Assembly (NCBI GenBank): GCA_902797875.1
Contig: CADBUL010000010.1
Coordinates: forward strand, 1 to 59,261
From: Oscillospiraceae bacterium
GTDB lineage: Bacteria > Bacillota > Clostridia > Oscillospirales > Acutalibacteraceae
Reading direction: 5' to 3'
DNA: 59,261 bases
Shown: piece by piece, positions 1 to 10,328 of the stretch
Layout of the letters: each line of letters starts with the position of its first letter
Numbering within the stretch: the first letter of the stretch is position 1
Notes under the pieces: model-generated
What the model was told of the DNA's origin: nothing
The model's input: only the letters and a program-made list of their open reading frames with translations
The model's database searches: none
Made by a program: the position numbers and the translations under genes

Positions 1-477
1 GCCCTTGTAAGGCTCGGGAGGTCTTTTGTTTCTTACTTCGGCGGCGAACTGACCAACCTTTTGTTTGTCGGGGCCGCTGATGATAATCTTGTTGGGGTTG
101 GGCACATCAATGGTGATGCCGTCAACCTCGGGAACGATTACCTGATGTGAAAAACCGAGAGTCATAACAAGGTCTTTGCCCTGTTTGGCTACACGGTAGC
201 CGATACCCATAACGTCGAGCTCTTTGGAAAAGCCTTCGCTTACGCCGACAACCATATTATTGATAAGGGTGCGGGTAAGACCGTGAAGCGAGCGGTGAGC
301 GGCTTCGTCGGAAGGTCTTGTAACGGTGATAACGCCGTCTTTGAACTCGATAGCCATATCGGGGTTAAAGCTTTGCGTAAGGGTGCCTTTTGCGCCCTTT
401 ACAGTAACGGTGTTGCCGTCAACCGTTACGTCTACGCCTGCGGGGACGGTTATTGGTTGTTTACCTATTCTTGACAT
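1..477 (-). CDS. rplF: 50S ribosomal protein L6 (C-terminal end cut by window edge)
   Basis: My translation of the minus strand from ATG (cat at 475-477) gives MSRIGKQPITVPAGVDVTVDGNTVTVKG... and runs in frame to ...RPPEPYKG at base 1. It lies directly downstream of rpsH, as in spc operons. Confidence 0.9.
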   Translation of the reverse strand, partial: MSRIGKQPITVPAGVDVTVDGNTVTVKGAKGTLTQSFNPDMAIEFKDGVITVTRPSDEAAHRSLHGLTRTLINNMVVGVSEGFSKELDVMGIGYRVAKQGKDLVMTLGFSHQVIVPEVDGITIDVPNPNKIIISGPDKQKVGQFAAEVRNKRPPEPYKG

Positions 478-490
478 ATTTTCCGTCCTC

Positions 491-889
491 CTACCATACG
501 AAAGCGAGGACTTCGCCGCCGACATTGAGCGAGCGAGCCTGCTTATCGGTCATAATGCCTTTGGAGGTTGAAAGGATGGCAATGCCGAGTCCGTTCATAA
601 CCCTGGGCATATTTTCTACGTTGCAGTAAATACGAAGACCGGGCTTTGAAACCTTTTTAAGACCTTTAATGATTAAAGACTTGTTGGGGCCGTATTTAAG
701 GGTTACGTGAATAGTACCCTGTTTGCCGTCTTCAATAACCTGGAAGCCGCCGATATAACCTTCGTCAAGTAAAATCTGGGCAATAGCCTTTTTTACGTTC
801 GAAGCGGGAATATCAACGAAATCGTGTTTGGCAGAATGTGCGTTACGAATGCGTGTAAGCATATCCGCGATAGTATCAGAAATTTGCAT
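491..889 (-). CDS. rpsH: 30S ribosomal protein S8
   Basis: The ORF translation [17 protein letters not shown]...GGEVLAFVW is a textbook S8, and the operon position fits. Confidence 0.97.
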   Translation of the reverse strand: MQISDTIADMLTRIRNAHSAKHDFVDIPASNVKKAIAQILLDEGYIGGFQVIEDGKQGTIHVTLKYGPNKSLIIKGLKKVSKPGLRIYCNVENMPRVMNGLGIAILSTSKGIMTDKQARSLNVGGEVLAFVW

Positions 890-907
890 ATCGTTGTTTC
901 CTCCTTC

Positions 908-1093
908 TTACCAGCTGGCCTTTTTAACGCCGGGGATTTCGCCCTTATACGCGAGTTCGCGGAAGCAAATACGGCAGATACCGTATTTACGAAGATAAGC
1001 GTGAGGGCGGCCGCATATCTTACATCTGTTATATTGTCTTGTAGAAAACTTGGCAGGTCTTTGCTGCTTGATTTTCATTGATGTTTTAGCCAT
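908..1093 (-). CDS. rpsN: 30S ribosomal protein S14, short type Z (zinc-binding CxxC...CxxC)
   Basis: 61 aa, [48 protein letters not shown]. It has four Cys and the usual position between rplE and rpsH. Confidence 0.95.
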   Translation of the reverse strand: MAKTSMKIKQQRPAKFSTRQYNRCKICGRPHAYLRKYGICRICFRELAYKGEIPGVKKASW

Positions 1094-1104
1094 TTTCCTC
1101 TCTC

Positions 1105-1644
1105 CTATCTTTCAAAGGGTGCGCCCATAAGCGTTAAAAGCTCGCGGGCTTCCTCGTCGGTTTTTGCGGTAGTAACAAAAATAATGTCCATACCTCTTAC
1201 TTTGTCAATCTTATCGTAGTCGATTTCGGGGAAGATAAGTTGTTCTTTAACGCCCATGGCATAGTTGCCGCGGCCGTCGAAAGAGTTGGGGTTTATGCCG
1301 CGGAAGTCTCTAACGCGGGGAAGCGCGGTCGAGAAGAAGCGGTCGATAAACTCGTACATTTTTTCGCCTCTAAGTGTAACCTTAACGCCGATGGGCATAC
1401 CTTCACGAAGTTTGAAGTTCGCAACCGATTTTTTGGCGCGGCAAACAACGGGGTGCTGACCGGTGATAAGTTCGAGGTCGTGGGTGATGGCGTCGATGGC
1501 TTTGCTGTTTTCTTTGGCTTCGCCGGCGCCTACGTTTATGACTACCTTATCGAGCTTGGGAATCTGCATGACGCTTTTATACTCAAACTTTTTCATTAAG
1601 GCAGGTGCTACGCTTTTAAGGTATAAATCTTTAAGTCTTGCCAT
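1105..1644 (-). CDS. rplE: 50S ribosomal protein L5
   Basis: [39 protein letters not shown]... is a typical L5, and the operon order fits. Confidence 0.97.
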   Translation of the reverse strand: MARLKDLYLKSVAPALMKKFEYKSVMQIPKLDKVVINVGAGEAKENSKAIDAITHDLELITGQHPVVCRAKKSVANFKLREGMPIGVKVTLRGEKMYEFIDRFFSTALPRVRDFRGINPNSFDGRGNYAMGVKEQLIFPEIDYDKIDKVRGMDIIFVTTAKTDEEARELLTLMGAPFER

Positions 1645-1661
1645 GTGATATTCCTCCTACT

Positions 1662-1985
1662 CTAAAAAGTTTCGCCGCATTTTTTGCACATACGGTCTTT
1701 GTTGCCATCGGCATAAATCTTATGCGCTACGCGGGTGGGTTTGCCGCATTTGGGGCAAACCAGCATAACTTTGCTTGCATATACGGCGCCTTCGGTTTTG
1801 ATAATGCCCGAAGCATCGCCTGCTTTTTTTGGCTTAACGTGTTTAGATACTACGTTAATGCCCTCAACGATTACCTTACCCTCTTTGGGAGCAACCTGTA
1901 AAACCTTGCCTTTTTTGCCGCGGTCTTTCTGATCGCCCGTGAGAAGAATTACGGTATCGCCGGTTTTTACATGAACTTTACTCAT
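1662..1985 (-). CDS. rplX: 50S ribosomal protein L24 with Cys4 C-terminal segment
   Basis: The KOW-like N-terminus ([25 protein letters not shown]) and the position between rplN and rplE support L24. The C-terminus carries CPKCG...CKKCG. Confidence 0.93.
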   Translation of the reverse strand: MSKVHVKTGDTVILLTGDQKDRGKKGKVLQVAPKEGKVIVEGINVVSKHVKPKKAGDASGIIKTEGAVYASKVMLVCPKCGKPTRVAHKIYADGNKDRMCKKCGETF

Positions 1986-2000
1986 TGTTGAATCCTCCCT

Positions 2001-2369
2001 TTACAGTACTTCGGGAGCAAGAGAAAGAATCTTCATATATTCCTTCTCGCGGAGCTCACGCGCTACCGGCCCAAAGATACGGGTACCTCTGGGGGTTTTG
2101 TCTTCTTTAATGATTACGGCTGCGTTTTCGTCGAAACGGATGTAGGTGCCGTCGCTTCTGCGAACGCCCTTAACCGAACGAACCACAACCGCCTTTACAA
2201 CGTCACCTTTTTTAACGGTGCCGCCGGGGGTGGCCTTTTTAACCGAGGCCACGATTACGTCGCCGATGTTGGCGTATTTGCGGCCTGAACCGCCAAGTAC
2301 GCGGATGCACATAAGTTCTTTAGCACCGGTGTTGTCGGCAACCTTAAGGAGTGTTTGTTGTTGTACCAC
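2001..2369 (-). CDS. rplN: 50S ribosomal protein L14
   Basis: [27 protein letters not shown]... is a classic L14. Confidence 0.97.
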   Translation of the reverse strand: MVQQQTLLKVADNTGAKELMCIRVLGGSGRKYANIGDVIVASVKKATPGGTVKKGDVVKAVVVRSVKGVRRSDGTYIRFDENAAVIIKEDKTPRGTRIFGPVARELREKEYMKILSLAPEVL

Positions 2370-2383
2370 AGTTTTATCCTCCC

Positions 2384-2641
2384 TTATTTAGCCTTCTCGA
2401 TGATTTCAACTACGCGCCATCTCTTATCTTTAGAGAGGGGGCGGGTTTCCATCACGAGCACGCGGTCACCCATAGAGCACTCGTTATTTTCGTCGTGTGC
2501 TTTAAGTTTGACGGTGTTTTTGATTATCTTCTTGTAAAGCGGGTGTCTTACATTGTCTTCGATAGCGATAACAACGGTTTTATCCATTTTATTGCTGACA
2601 ACCTTGCCCACTCTTGTTTTTCTGAGATTTCTTTCGTTCAC
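2384..2641 (-). CDS. rpsQ: 30S ribosomal protein S17
   Basis: 85 aa, [23 protein letters not shown]...HPLYKK is an S17 signature, and the operon order fits. Confidence 0.95.
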   Translation of the reverse strand: MNERNLRKTRVGKVVSNKMDKTVVIAIEDNVRHPLYKKIIKNTVKLKAHDENNECSMGDRVLVMETRPLSKDKRWRVVEIIEKAK

Positions 2642-2658
2642 AAGTATGCCTTCCTTTC

Positions 2659-2865
2659 TTACGACTTAGCGCTGTCTGCAAGCTCGCGTTCTTTAATTAC
2701 GGTTTTAACCTTAGCGATGTCTTTTTTGACAGCCTTTAAGCGCATGGGATTTTCGAGCTGATTAACGGCGTGACGGAAACGCAACTTGAAAAGGTCCTCT
2801 TTAAGGTCTTTCAGCATATCGTTAAGCTCCGAAACACTCTTTTCTCTGATTTCCTTTACGTCCAT
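2659..2865 (-). CDS. rpmC: 50S ribosomal protein L29
   Basis: 68 aa, [25 protein letters not shown] is L29-like. It sits between rplP and rpsQ. Confidence 0.93.
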   Translation of the reverse strand: MDVKEIREKSVSELNDMLKDLKEDLFKLRFRHAVNQLENPMRLKAVKKDIAKVKTVIKERELADSAKS

Positions 2866-3290
2866 TACTGCTCACCACCCATTTCCTGCTTCTTGATAAA
2901 CTTGCATTTTATCGGCAACTTGTTAGCTGCAAGACGCATAGCTTCTCTTGCGAGGGCTTCGTCTACTCCGCCGATTTCGAACATTACACGGCCGGGTTTA
3001 ACGACCGCTACCCAGTATTCCGGCGAACCTTTACCTGAACCCATGCGGGTTTCGGCCGGTTTTTCGGTTATGGGCTTATCGGGGAAAATTTTGATCCATA
3101 CCTGACCGCCACGTTTAATGTAACGGGTCATGGCAACACGGGCGGCTTCGATCTGATTGGAGGATATCCAAGCAGGTTCGAGAGCCTGAAGGCCGAAATC
3201 GCCGTAGTTTACCTGGGTGCCGCGGGAAGCCGCGCCTGTAAGACGGCCGCGGTGTACGCGACGGTACTTAACACGTTTTGGCATTAACAT
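2865..3290 (-). CDS. rplP: 50S ribosomal protein L16
   Basis: [19 protein letters not shown]... is a canonical L16 N-terminus. Confidence 0.97.
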   Translation of the reverse strand: MLMPKRVKYRRVHRGRLTGAASRGTQVNYGDFGLQALEPAWISSNQIEAARVAMTRYIKRGGQVWIKIFPDKPITEKPAETRMGSGKGSPEYWVAVVKPGRVMFEIGGVDEALAREAMRLAANKLPIKCKFIKKQEMGGEQ

Positions 3291-3952
3291 CAGCGGTTAC
3301 CTCCTTGTGTTTTCTTGCGGGCGTCGTGTAAAACCTCGCCGGTGTAGATCCAAACCTTTACGCCGATTTTACCGTAGGTGGTATTGGCTTCGGCAAAGCC
3401 GTAGTCAATGTTGGCGCGGATGGTCTGCAGCGGGATGGTGCCCTCGTGATAGGTTTCGGAACGGGCGATTTCAGCGCCGCCCAGACGTCCCGAAATTTGA
3501 ATTTTGATACCCTTTGCGTTAAGACGCATGGTTCTTCCCATGGCGAGTTTCATCGCGCGGCGGAAAGATACGCGTTTTTCAAGCTGCGCCGCAATGTTTT
3601 CGGCAACCAGGGTAGCGTTGAGGTCGGGGTTTTTAACCTCGACGATATTGATATGAACGGTTTTGCCGATCATTTTTTGGCAGTTAAGACGGAGTTTTTC
3701 GATCTCGGCGCCGTTGCGGCCGATTACGATACCCGGCTTAGCACAGTGGATGTGAACTCTAACCCTTTGAGCGTCGCGCTCGATTTCGATTTGCGAAACG
3801 GCGGCGGCGTAAAGTGTCTTTTTAAGATACTTACGGAGGTTATAGTCCTCAACGAGAGTGTCGCCAAAGGTTTGTTTGCCGGCGAACCAGCGAGAATTCC
3901 AGTTGCGGATAACGCCAACGCGCATACCGTTAGGATGTACTTTTTGTCCCAT
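3290..3952 (-). CDS. rpsC: 30S ribosomal protein S3
   Basis: [24 protein letters not shown]... is a canonical S3. Confidence 0.97.
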   Translation of the reverse strand: MGQKVHPNGMRVGVIRNWNSRWFAGKQTFGDTLVEDYNLRKYLKKTLYAAAVSQIEIERDAQRVRVHIHCAKPGIVIGRNGAEIEKLRLNCQKMIGKTVHINIVEVKNPDLNATLVAENIAAQLEKRVSFRRAMKLAMGRTMRLNAKGIKIQISGRLGGAEIARSETYHEGTIPLQTIRANIDYGFAEANTTYGKIGVKVWIYTGEVLHDARKKTQGGNR

Positions 3953-3970
3953 TTCAGTTAACCTCCTTTA

Positions 3971-4309
3971 TTAGTCTTCTTGTTCCTTAAGTGTAAGGAA
4001 AACGTGTGATGTTCTTTTTAATATGCGGTGCGCTCTGCCGTGGTCTTTGGCTCTTATTCTTTTAAGAGTGGGACCGGGGCATACATAGCACTTGGCAACA
4101 TAAAGTTTTGATGTGTCCATAGAAAAGTTATTTTCGGCGTTAGCCATTGCCGATTTGAGGAGTTTGATAAGATCCTCGCTTGCGGCCTTGGGTGTATATT
4201 TAAGTATAGCCATGGCTTTGTCGGCCTTCTGTCCGCGGATTAAGTCGAGGACAATCTTAACTTTTCTGGGCGAAATACGGATGTATTTCAAACTTGCATT
4301 TGCTTCCAT
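3971..4309 (-). CDS. rplV: 50S ribosomal protein L22
   Basis: 112 aa, ASLKYIRISPRKVKIVLDLIRG is an L22 signature. Confidence 0.95.
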   Translation of the reverse strand: MEANASLKYIRISPRKVKIVLDLIRGQKADKAMAILKYTPKAASEDLIKLLKSAMANAENNFSMDTSKLYVAKCYVCPGPTLKRIRAKDHGRAHRILKRTSHVFLTLKEQED

Positions 4310-4333
4310 AGTTAAATCTCCTTTCGACCGCGA

Positions 4334-4606
4334 TTACTTAGTGGTTTTTGCGCCGGCGTGACCCTTAAAGGTACGGGTGGGTGCAAATTCACCTAATTTA
4401 TGGCCAACCATATCTTCGGTAACATATACGGGCACATGTTTACGGCCGTCATGTACGGCAAAGGTATGTCCGACGAAATCGGGGAATATGGTGGACGAGC
4501 GGCTCCAGGTTTTGAGAACCTTCTTTTCGCCGTTTTTGTTCATTTCAAGAACTCTTTTAAGCAGAACGGGCTGTACGTATGGGCCCTTTTTAACGCTTCT
4601 TCCCAT
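4334..4606 (-). CDS. rpsS: 30S ribosomal protein S19
   Basis: [11 protein letters not shown]...[38 protein letters not shown] is a canonical S19. Confidence 0.97.
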   Translation of the reverse strand: MGRSVKKGPYVQPVLLKRVLEMNKNGEKKVLKTWSRSSTIFPDFVGHTFAVHDGRKHVPVYVTEDMVGHKLGEFAPTRTFKGHAGAKTTK

Positions 4607-4627
4607 CAGTGTTTCTCCTTTCGCCGA

Positions 4628-5458
4628 TTACTTACTGCGGCGGCTAACTATCATTTTGTTAGACGCCTTTTTCTTATTTCTGGTCTTATAACCGAGAGCA
4701 GGTTTGCCCCACGGTGTGCAAGGTCCGGGACGGCCAACGGGGGATTTACCCTCACCACCGCCGTGCGGGTGGTCGTTCGGGTTCATTACCGAACCGCGGA
4801 CGGTAGGACGCCAACCCATATGACGTTTGCGGCCTGCTTTACCGATATTTACGTTTTCGTGCTCGATATTGCTTACCTGGCCGATGGTTGCCATACAAAG
4901 TTCGGGAACGTTGCGAAGTTCGCCCGAAGGAAGACGAAGCAGAGCCTTGCCGTTTTCTTTTGCCATAAGCTGAGCCTGGTTACCGGCGCTGCGTGCAAGC
5001 TGTGCGCCCTTACCCGGATAAAGCTCAACGTTGTGGATAAAGGTACCTACGGGGATGTTTACAAGCGGAAGCGCGTTGCCGGTTACGATGTCGGCATCGG
5101 GTCCGTTTTCGACCTTGTCGCCCACTTTAAGTCCCTGAGGAGCTATGATGTAGCTCTTTTGACCGTCGGTATACTCAACAAGAGCAATAAACGCCGAACG
5201 GTTGGGATCGTATTCAATGGTCTTAACTTCGGCTTGTACGCCGAATTTTTGACGTTTGAAATCGATAATTCTGTACTTGTTGCGATTTCCGCCGCCGCGA
5301 TGACGAACGTTTATTCTGCCGTAGCTGTTGCGACCGGCATGATTTTTAATGGGTGCCAAAAGACTCTTTTCGGGAGCGACCTTTGAAAGTTCCGAATAAT
5401 CGAGAACGGTCATATTTCTGTGTCCCGGAGTAGTCGGCTTATAATGTTTGATAGCCAT
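4628..5458 (-). CDS. rplB: 50S ribosomal protein L2
   Basis: [16 protein letters not shown]...[11 protein letters not shown] is a canonical L2. Confidence 0.98.
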   Translation of the reverse strand: MAIKHYKPTTPGHRNMTVLDYSELSKVAPEKSLLAPIKNHAGRNSYGRINVRHRGGGNRNKYRIIDFKRQKFGVQAEVKTIEYDPNRSAFIALVEYTDGQKSYIIAPQGLKVGDKVENGPDADIVTGNALPLVNIPVGTFIHNVELYPGKGAQLARSAGNQAQLMAKENGKALLRLPSGELRNVPELCMATIGQVSNIEHENVNIGKAGRKRHMGWRPTVRGSVMNPNDHPHGGGEGKSPVGRPGPCTPWGKPALGYKTRNKKKASNKMIVSRRSK

Positions 5459-5540
5459 TTTTTAATTCACTCTCCTATTAGGCTTAGCGGGGCATTGCCC
5501 CATACATTGCCGCAAGATTATTCTTGCAAGATGGATGTTA

Positions 5541-5834
5541 TTACATTAAACCGTCAAAGAACTCGATGCTCTTTGATTTTTCGGTGAGGGTTACGATGGC
5601 TTTTTTCCACGAAGGAGTGTAACCTCTGTAACGACCCATCGATTTTTCGGTTCCGCGTACGCTTACGGTGTTGACCTTAGCGACCTTAACGCCGAAAAGA
5701 CTTTCAACAGCCTTGGCGATTTCAATCTTGTTGGTGTCTTTTGCTACCTTAAAGGTATATTTCTTATCTCTGGCCATCGCCATTGATTTTTCGGTAATTA
5801 CCGGAGCAAGGATGATATCTTGTGCTGCTTTCAT
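5541..5834 (-). CDS. rplW: 50S ribosomal protein L23
   Basis: 97 aa, ILAPVITEKSM...YTFKV is an L23 pattern, and the operon order fits. Confidence 0.95.
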   Translation of the reverse strand: MKAAQDIILAPVITEKSMAMARDKKYTFKVAKDTNKIEIAKAVESLFGVKVAKVNTVSVRGTEKSMGRYRGYTPSWKKAIVTLTEKSKSIEFFDGLM

Positions 5835-6457
5835 TACGCGTATACCTCCTCTAACATTTTAACGGCCGCTTTAACTACTACGAGTTTGTCGGCATTGATG
5901 ACATCGTAGGTGTTGATGGTGCTTACCTGGCAGGTCTTAACACCCGAAAGGTTTGACGCGCTCTTAATGGCGAAACCGTTAAGGCTGTCAAGCACGATGA
6001 GGGTTTTGCCGGTTGCGCCGATGGCATCTAAACAATTTTTAACAGTCTTGGTTTTGTACTCGTCGATTTTGAGTTCGTCAAGTACGATAAGGTCTTTGGT
6101 AAGAACTTTATCGGACAAAGCCGATTTTAAGGCAAGTCTTTTGACCTTTTTATTAAGGCTGTAAGAATAATCTCTGGGCTTGGGGCCGAGAGCCACGCCG
6201 CCGTGACGCCATTGAGGAGCACGGATAGAGCCTTGTCTTGCGTGACCTGTACCTTTTTGACGCCAGGGCTTTTTGCCGCCGCCGGCTACCTCGGTACGGG
6301 TGAGGGTTGACTGTGTACCCTGACGCTGATTAGCCAGATAGTTTACAACAGCCATGTGCATTACAACCTTGTTGGGCTCGATTGCAAAGAGAGCATCTTT
6401 AAGTTTGATTTTGCCGAGCTTTTCGCCGGTCATTGATAATACGTCTACTTGTGGCAT
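5834..6457 (-). CDS. rplD: 50S ribosomal protein L4
   Basis: 207 aa, GGGKKPWRQKGTGHARQGSIRAPQWRHGG is an L4 signature. Confidence 0.96.
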   Translation of the reverse strand: MPQVDVLSMTGEKLGKIKLKDALFAIEPNKVVMHMAVVNYLANQRQGTQSTLTRTEVAGGGKKPWRQKGTGHARQGSIRAPQWRHGGVALGPKPRDYSYSLNKKVKRLALKSALSDKVLTKDLIVLDELKIDEYKTKTVKNCLDAIGATGKTLIVLDSLNGFAIKSASNLSGVKTCQVSTINTYDVINADKLVVVKAAVKMLEEVYA

Positions 6458-6474
6458 TTAAAACACTCTCCTTT

Positions 6475-7107
6475 CTAAGCCTTTACGCTGTCGCGAATAA
6501 CAACTACTCCGCCTTTGGGGCCGGGAACGGCGCCTTTGACGGCTATAATGTTGTTTTCGGCGTCAACCTTTACGACGCTGAGGTTTTGAACGGTTACACG
6601 TTCAAAGCCGAGATGTCCCGCCATCTTTTTGCCCTTGAAAACTCTCGAAGGGCTCGAGCAGGCGCCGATAGAGCCGCCGTGGCGGGCTACAGGACCGGTA
6701 CCGTGGGACATTTTGAGTCTTGCGAAGTTCCAGCGTTTGATAACGCCCGCATAACCTTTACCTTTGCTTTTGCCGGTAACGTCGATGCTGTCGCCTTCGG
6801 CAAAAACGTCGGCCTTGATTATGTCGCCCACGTTAAGGGCGGAACAATCGTCAAGTCGTAATTCTCTTAAAACTTTCTTGGGGGCAACGTCGCCTTTGGC
6901 GAAGTGTCCTTTTTGCGGTTTGTTAACCTTTGAAGCCTTCAAATCTTCAAAACCGATTTGTACCGCTTCGTAACCGTCGTTTTCAACCGTTTTCTTTTGG
7001 GTTACAACACATGGACCCGCTTCGATTACGGTTACGGGAACGACGTTACCGTTTGCGTCAAAAAGTTGGGTCATCCCAATCTTTTTTCCAACGATTCCTT
7101 TTTTCAT
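6475..7107 (-). CDS. rplC: 50S ribosomal protein L3
   Basis: [33 protein letters not shown]... is a canonical L3. Confidence 0.97.
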   Translation of the reverse strand: MKKGIVGKKIGMTQLFDANGNVVPVTVIEAGPCVVTQKKTVENDGYEAVQIGFEDLKASKVNKPQKGHFAKGDVAPKKVLRELRLDDCSALNVGDIIKADVFAEGDSIDVTGKSKGKGYAGVIKRWNFARLKMSHGTGPVARHGGSIGACSSPSRVFKGKKMAGHLGFERVTVQNLSVVKVDAENNIIAVKGAVPGPKGGVVVIRDSVKA

Positions 7108-7164
7108 TTATATTTCCTCCTGTAAGGTTATTGGTTGGCTTTCGCCAACTTGACCTGCCGTGTC

Positions 7165-7476
7165 TTAAAGCTTAATTTCAAGCTCAACGCCGGCGGGAAG
7201 CTCAAGATTGGTCAACGCCTCGACGGTTTTGTTCGACGGACGAAGAACATCTACCAGCCTTTTGTGGGTTCTGGTTTCGAACTGCTCGCGCGAATCTTTA
7301 TATTTATGAACTGCGCGAAGAATGGTTACTACCTCTTTTTCGGTGGGCAGCGGCACGGGGCCCGAAACTCTTGCGCCTGTGCGACGTGCGGTTTCAACTA
7401 TTTTTTCAGCCGCTTGGTCAACGAGCGCGTGGTCGTATCCTTTGATACGAATTCTGATTTTTTCTTTGATTGCCAT
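7165..7476 (-). CDS. rpsJ: 30S ribosomal protein S10 (start trimmed to internal ATG at 7476)
   Basis: [45 protein letters not shown]... is a full-length S10. GGAGG lies about 10 nt upstream of this ATG. The 61-aa N-terminal extension in the ORF track has no S10 counterpart. Confidence 0.95.
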   Translation of the reverse strand: MAIKEKIRIRIKGYDHALVDQAAEKIVETARRTGARVSGPVPLPTEKEVVTILRAVHKYKDSREQFETRTHKRLVDVLRPSNKTVEALTNLELPAGVELEIKL

Positions 7477-7736
7477 TTGTTTTTTTCGCCTCCATAAAAT
7501 TTGGCGGGCCGTCTGATTTACACCCTGCCGTGTGTTTCGTAAATCTCCCATTATAAATCCGGACAGTTTTATTAAATTAAAAACCGACCGGCGGGTGAAG
7601 TGAAAACCCACTCCTGATGCATTATCAAACCTGATTTCGCCCGGTTTAAAATCGGACATACTCCGCGGAAATTCCCCTGCCGTGGCAGGCCACCTCCCGC
7701 ATCAACGCATATCATTGCGCATAATCACGCCTATAT

Positions 7737-7765
7737 ACTATACCATAACGATTTTTGAAAATCAA
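7737..7765 (-). promoter_or_regulatory. Sigma-A type promoter of the S10-spc operon
   Basis: The minus strand reads TTGATT - 17 nt - TATAGT, with a TGg extended -10 immediately upstream. It sits about 250 nt upstream of the rpsJ start. Confidence 0.55.
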
Positions 7766-7845
7766 GTATTTTTTTTAGAATTTTGAATATTTTTTTGTTA
7801 CTTGTTTTCGGATTATTTTCAGGCGGCTATATATAGTATATATAA

Positions 7846-7882
7846 TGAAAAGAAAAAGTCCGCAAGGCGGTTCCTTGCGGAC
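7846..7882 (-). terminator. Rho-independent terminator after 7900-8505 gene
   Basis: The stem is gtccgcaagg (7858-7867) paired with ccttgcggac (7873-7882), with a 5-nt loop. A T-rich tract follows on the minus strand (plus-strand aaaagaaaaa). Confidence 0.6.
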
Positions 7883-7899
7883 AATTTATTTTTGATAAT

Positions 7900-8505
7900 T
7901 TATCTTCTGCGGCGGTCGTGTTTGCCTCTGCGGCGGGGTGAACCGCTGCGCTTTTTACCCGAAGATATTTCGTTGCTGTTATCCCCTGATTTTGCGCCCT
8001 TTTTGGGTTTCCTGCCGGCAAAAGACGGACGGTTAACATAAATAAGCGCCGCAATGCTGCCTATTATAAGCAGCACCGTAACAATCATCAATTTCAAAAA
8101 CAAATCTTTAAGGTTAAAGATGTTTTTTTGCTCGGTGACTGCGGCGGAGGAAACATCGGACGAATTAAGGGTTACGGTGCCGCCGTTTTGACTGTTGCCA
8201 AATTCGGTACCGGTAGTACCGCCGACGTCGGGTTGACGGGTGTAACTGTTTTGGGTGCCGCTGCCGCTTTGTTTTGATGTAACGGTGGTTTTGCTTGAGG
8301 TTTCAACCTCAACCGAAACGGTAGATTCCTGCGAAGATTCTTCTTGCAAAGGCTCTTGTTCGGTTTCTTGTTCGGTTCCATGTTCGGTTTGGGTAGATTC
8401 GGTTTTTTCCTGTTCGTCCTCTTCGGCAAAAACAGTATAAAAACCGCAAGCGCCGAAAATCAAGCATAATGCCAACAGTAACGATAATAACTTTTTCACA
8501 TCCAT
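7900..8505 (-). CDS. Hypothetical exported E/Q/T/S-rich protein with C-terminal TM helix and poly-basic tail
   Basis: The N-terminal signal/lipobox-like segment is MDVKKLLSLLLALCLIFGAC. A low-complexity acidic region follows, then a hydrophobic helix (LMIVTVLLIIGSIAALIYV) and an R/K-rich end. I recognise no family. Confidence 0.55.
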   Translation of the reverse strand: MDVKKLLSLLLALCLIFGACGFYTVFAEEDEQEKTESTQTEHGTEQETEQEPLQEESSQESTVSVEVETSSKTTVTSKQSGSGTQNSYTRQPDVGGTTGTEFGNSQNGGTVTLNSSDVSSAAVTEQKNIFNLKDLFLKLMIVTVLLIIGSIAALIYVNRPSFAGRKPKKGAKSGDNSNEISSGKKRSGSPRRRGKHDRRRR

Positions 8506-8518
8506 ACGCCCCTTTTAA

Positions 8519-9955
8519 TCAATATGCCTTGCCGAAATAAAGAAGATGCTTGGCTTTTTTGCCGCAATACACACAGGTATCGCCCGGATGTTCTTTGTCC
8601 GCGTTAAAGGGTATGCAACGCGAAGTTACGCCGATTTCTTCTTTTATATGCTCTTCGCACTCGGAGTCGCCGCACCACATAGCTTTTATAAAGCCCGGTT
8701 TGTTGTCGGCAATATCTTTGAATTCTTCTTTATTACGCGCGGTGTAGGTCATTTGCTCGCGGCGTAAGAGCGCCTTATTATAAAGATTATCACGAATGTC
8801 TTGTAAAAGCTTTTGAACGGTCTGCTCAAGGTCGCAAAGCTGTACGGTCTGCTTTTCGCCGTTGTCGCGTCGTGCAATTACGCAACAGTTGTTTTCTATA
8901 TCGCGAGGTCCTATTTCTATTCTGACAGGTACGCCTTTCATTTCGTATTCGGCGTATTTCCAACCCGGGGACTGCTCGCTTAGATCCACCTTTGCGCGGC
9001 AAACCTTACTAAGACGCTCGCAAAGTTCACACGCCTTTTCTTTAACGCCCTCTTTATGGGCGGCAACCGGTATTACAACCGCCTGTATTGGGGCGACGGC
9101 TGGCGGAAGAACGAGTCCGCTGTTATCGCCGTGGCACATAATTATCGCGCCGATAAGACGGGTCGATACACCCCATGAGGTTTGGAACGGGTTTTGCAGT
9201 TTATTATCTTTATCGGTAAACTGAATATCGAACGCTTTAGCGAAGCCGTTGCCGAAATAGTGAGAGGTTCCGCTTTGAAGCGCCTTGCCGTCGTGCATAA
9301 GCGCTTCAATGGTAAAGGTTTGTTTAGCGCCGGCAAAACGTTCTTTTTCGGTTTTTTCGCCTTTAATTACCGGCATTGCAAGATATTCTTCGCACATATT
9401 GGCGTAAATATCGAGCATCTGACGGGTCTCTTTAACCGCTTCCTCTTCGGTGGCGTGAAGGGTATGACCCTCTTGCCACAAAAACTCGCGCGAGCGCAAG
9501 AAGGGTCGCGTGGTTTTTTCCCACCTTACAACGCTGCACCACTGGTTATACAGTTTGGGCAGGTCGCGGTAAGAGTGTACTATATTTTTATAATGGTCGC
9601 AAAACAGGGTTTCGCTGGTAGGTCTTACGCAAAGGCGTTCCTCAAGTTTTTCTTCACCGCCCATTGTAACCCAGGCTACCTCGGGGGCAAAGCCCTGTAT
9701 GTGGTCTTTTTCTTTTTGTAAAAGACTTTCGGGAATAAATAACGGCATACAAACGTTTTCGTGTCCCGTTTGTTTGAACATACCGTCGAGAATTTTTTGG
9801 ATGTTTTCCCAAATGGCATAGCCGTAGGGGCGTATTACCATACACCCTTTTACCGAGGTGTATCCGATAAGTTCGGCTTTAAGTACGACGTCGGTATACC
9901 ACTTGGCAAAGTCCACTTCCATATCGGTAATTTCTTTTACCTTTTTATCGTCCAT
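8519..9955 (-). CDS. proS: Proline--tRNA ligase (archaeal/eukaryote-like short type with C-terminal Cys-rich domain)
   Basis: 478 aa. The N-terminus ([35 protein letters not shown]), the class II core and the C-terminus ([14 protein letters not shown]...[20 protein letters not shown]) are typical of this ProRS type. Confidence 0.93.
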   Translation of the reverse strand: MDDKKVKEITDMEVDFAKWYTDVVLKAELIGYTSVKGCMVIRPYGYAIWENIQKILDGMFKQTGHENVCMPLFIPESLLQKEKDHIQGFAPEVAWVTMGGEEKLEERLCVRPTSETLFCDHYKNIVHSYRDLPKLYNQWCSVVRWEKTTRPFLRSREFLWQEGHTLHATEEEAVKETRQMLDIYANMCEEYLAMPVIKGEKTEKERFAGAKQTFTIEALMHDGKALQSGTSHYFGNGFAKAFDIQFTDKDNKLQNPFQTSWGVSTRLIGAIIMCHGDNSGLVLPPAVAPIQAVVIPVAAHKEGVKEKACELCERLSKVCRAKVDLSEQSPGWKYAEYEMKGVPVRIEIGPRDIENNCCVIARRDNGEKQTVQLCDLEQTVQKLLQDIRDNLYNKALLRREQMTYTARNKEEFKDIADNKPGFIKAMWCGDSECEEHIKEEIGVTSRCIPFNADKEHPGDTCVYCGKKAKHLLYFGKAY

Positions 9956-10004
9956 ATTTTTTCTCCGTTACAAAAATTATGCCGCACATTCAGCGGCATA
10001 GTTT

Positions 10005-10232
10005 TTACTGATTATTCTCAATATAATTAACAACGTCCGCAACGGTTTTAATGCCTTCTATCTCTTCGTCGGGTACTTCAAGCTCGAATTCATCTTCGAT
10101 GGTCATCAGTAGTTCGTAAACGTCAAGACTGTCGGCGCCGAGATCGTCGACAATTAAAGTGTCCTCGGTAATTTCGCTTTCGTCGCGGTCAAACTGTTGC
10201 GCTAAAATGTTTCGTATTTTTTCAAATACCAC
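10005..10232 (-). CDS. acpP: Acyl carrier protein
   Basis: 75 aa, acidic, with the DDLGADSLDVYELLMTIEDEF phosphopantetheine-Ser motif (DSL). No fab genes are adjacent. Confidence 0.85.
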   Translation of the reverse strand: MVFEKIRNILAQQFDRDESEITEDTLIVDDLGADSLDVYELLMTIEDEFELEVPDEEIEGIKTVADVVNYIENNQ

Positions 10233-10328
10233 GGTAATTCCTCCAAAGCAATAATAGAAATAACAGATATATAAATAATATGTAATTTATTCCGGTTTGT
10301 CAACTGTTTTTTACAAAATATTTGGCTG

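Noticed and set aside
5459-5540. 82-nt spacer between rplW and rplB in an otherwise tightly packed operon, considered as a possible regulatory RNA.
   Set aside because: It contains only short, weak hairpins (gggg-cattg-cccc and gcaaga-ttat-tcttgc). Nothing is compelling without comparative data.
7477-7659. 61-aa N-terminal extension of rpsJ in the ORF track (ATG at 7659).
   Set aside because: S10 is about 100 aa, and the internal ATG at 7476 gives the canonical N-terminus with a well-spaced GGAGG. The upstream ATG has its only purine-rich stretch 1-2 nt away. I treat the region as 5' leader.
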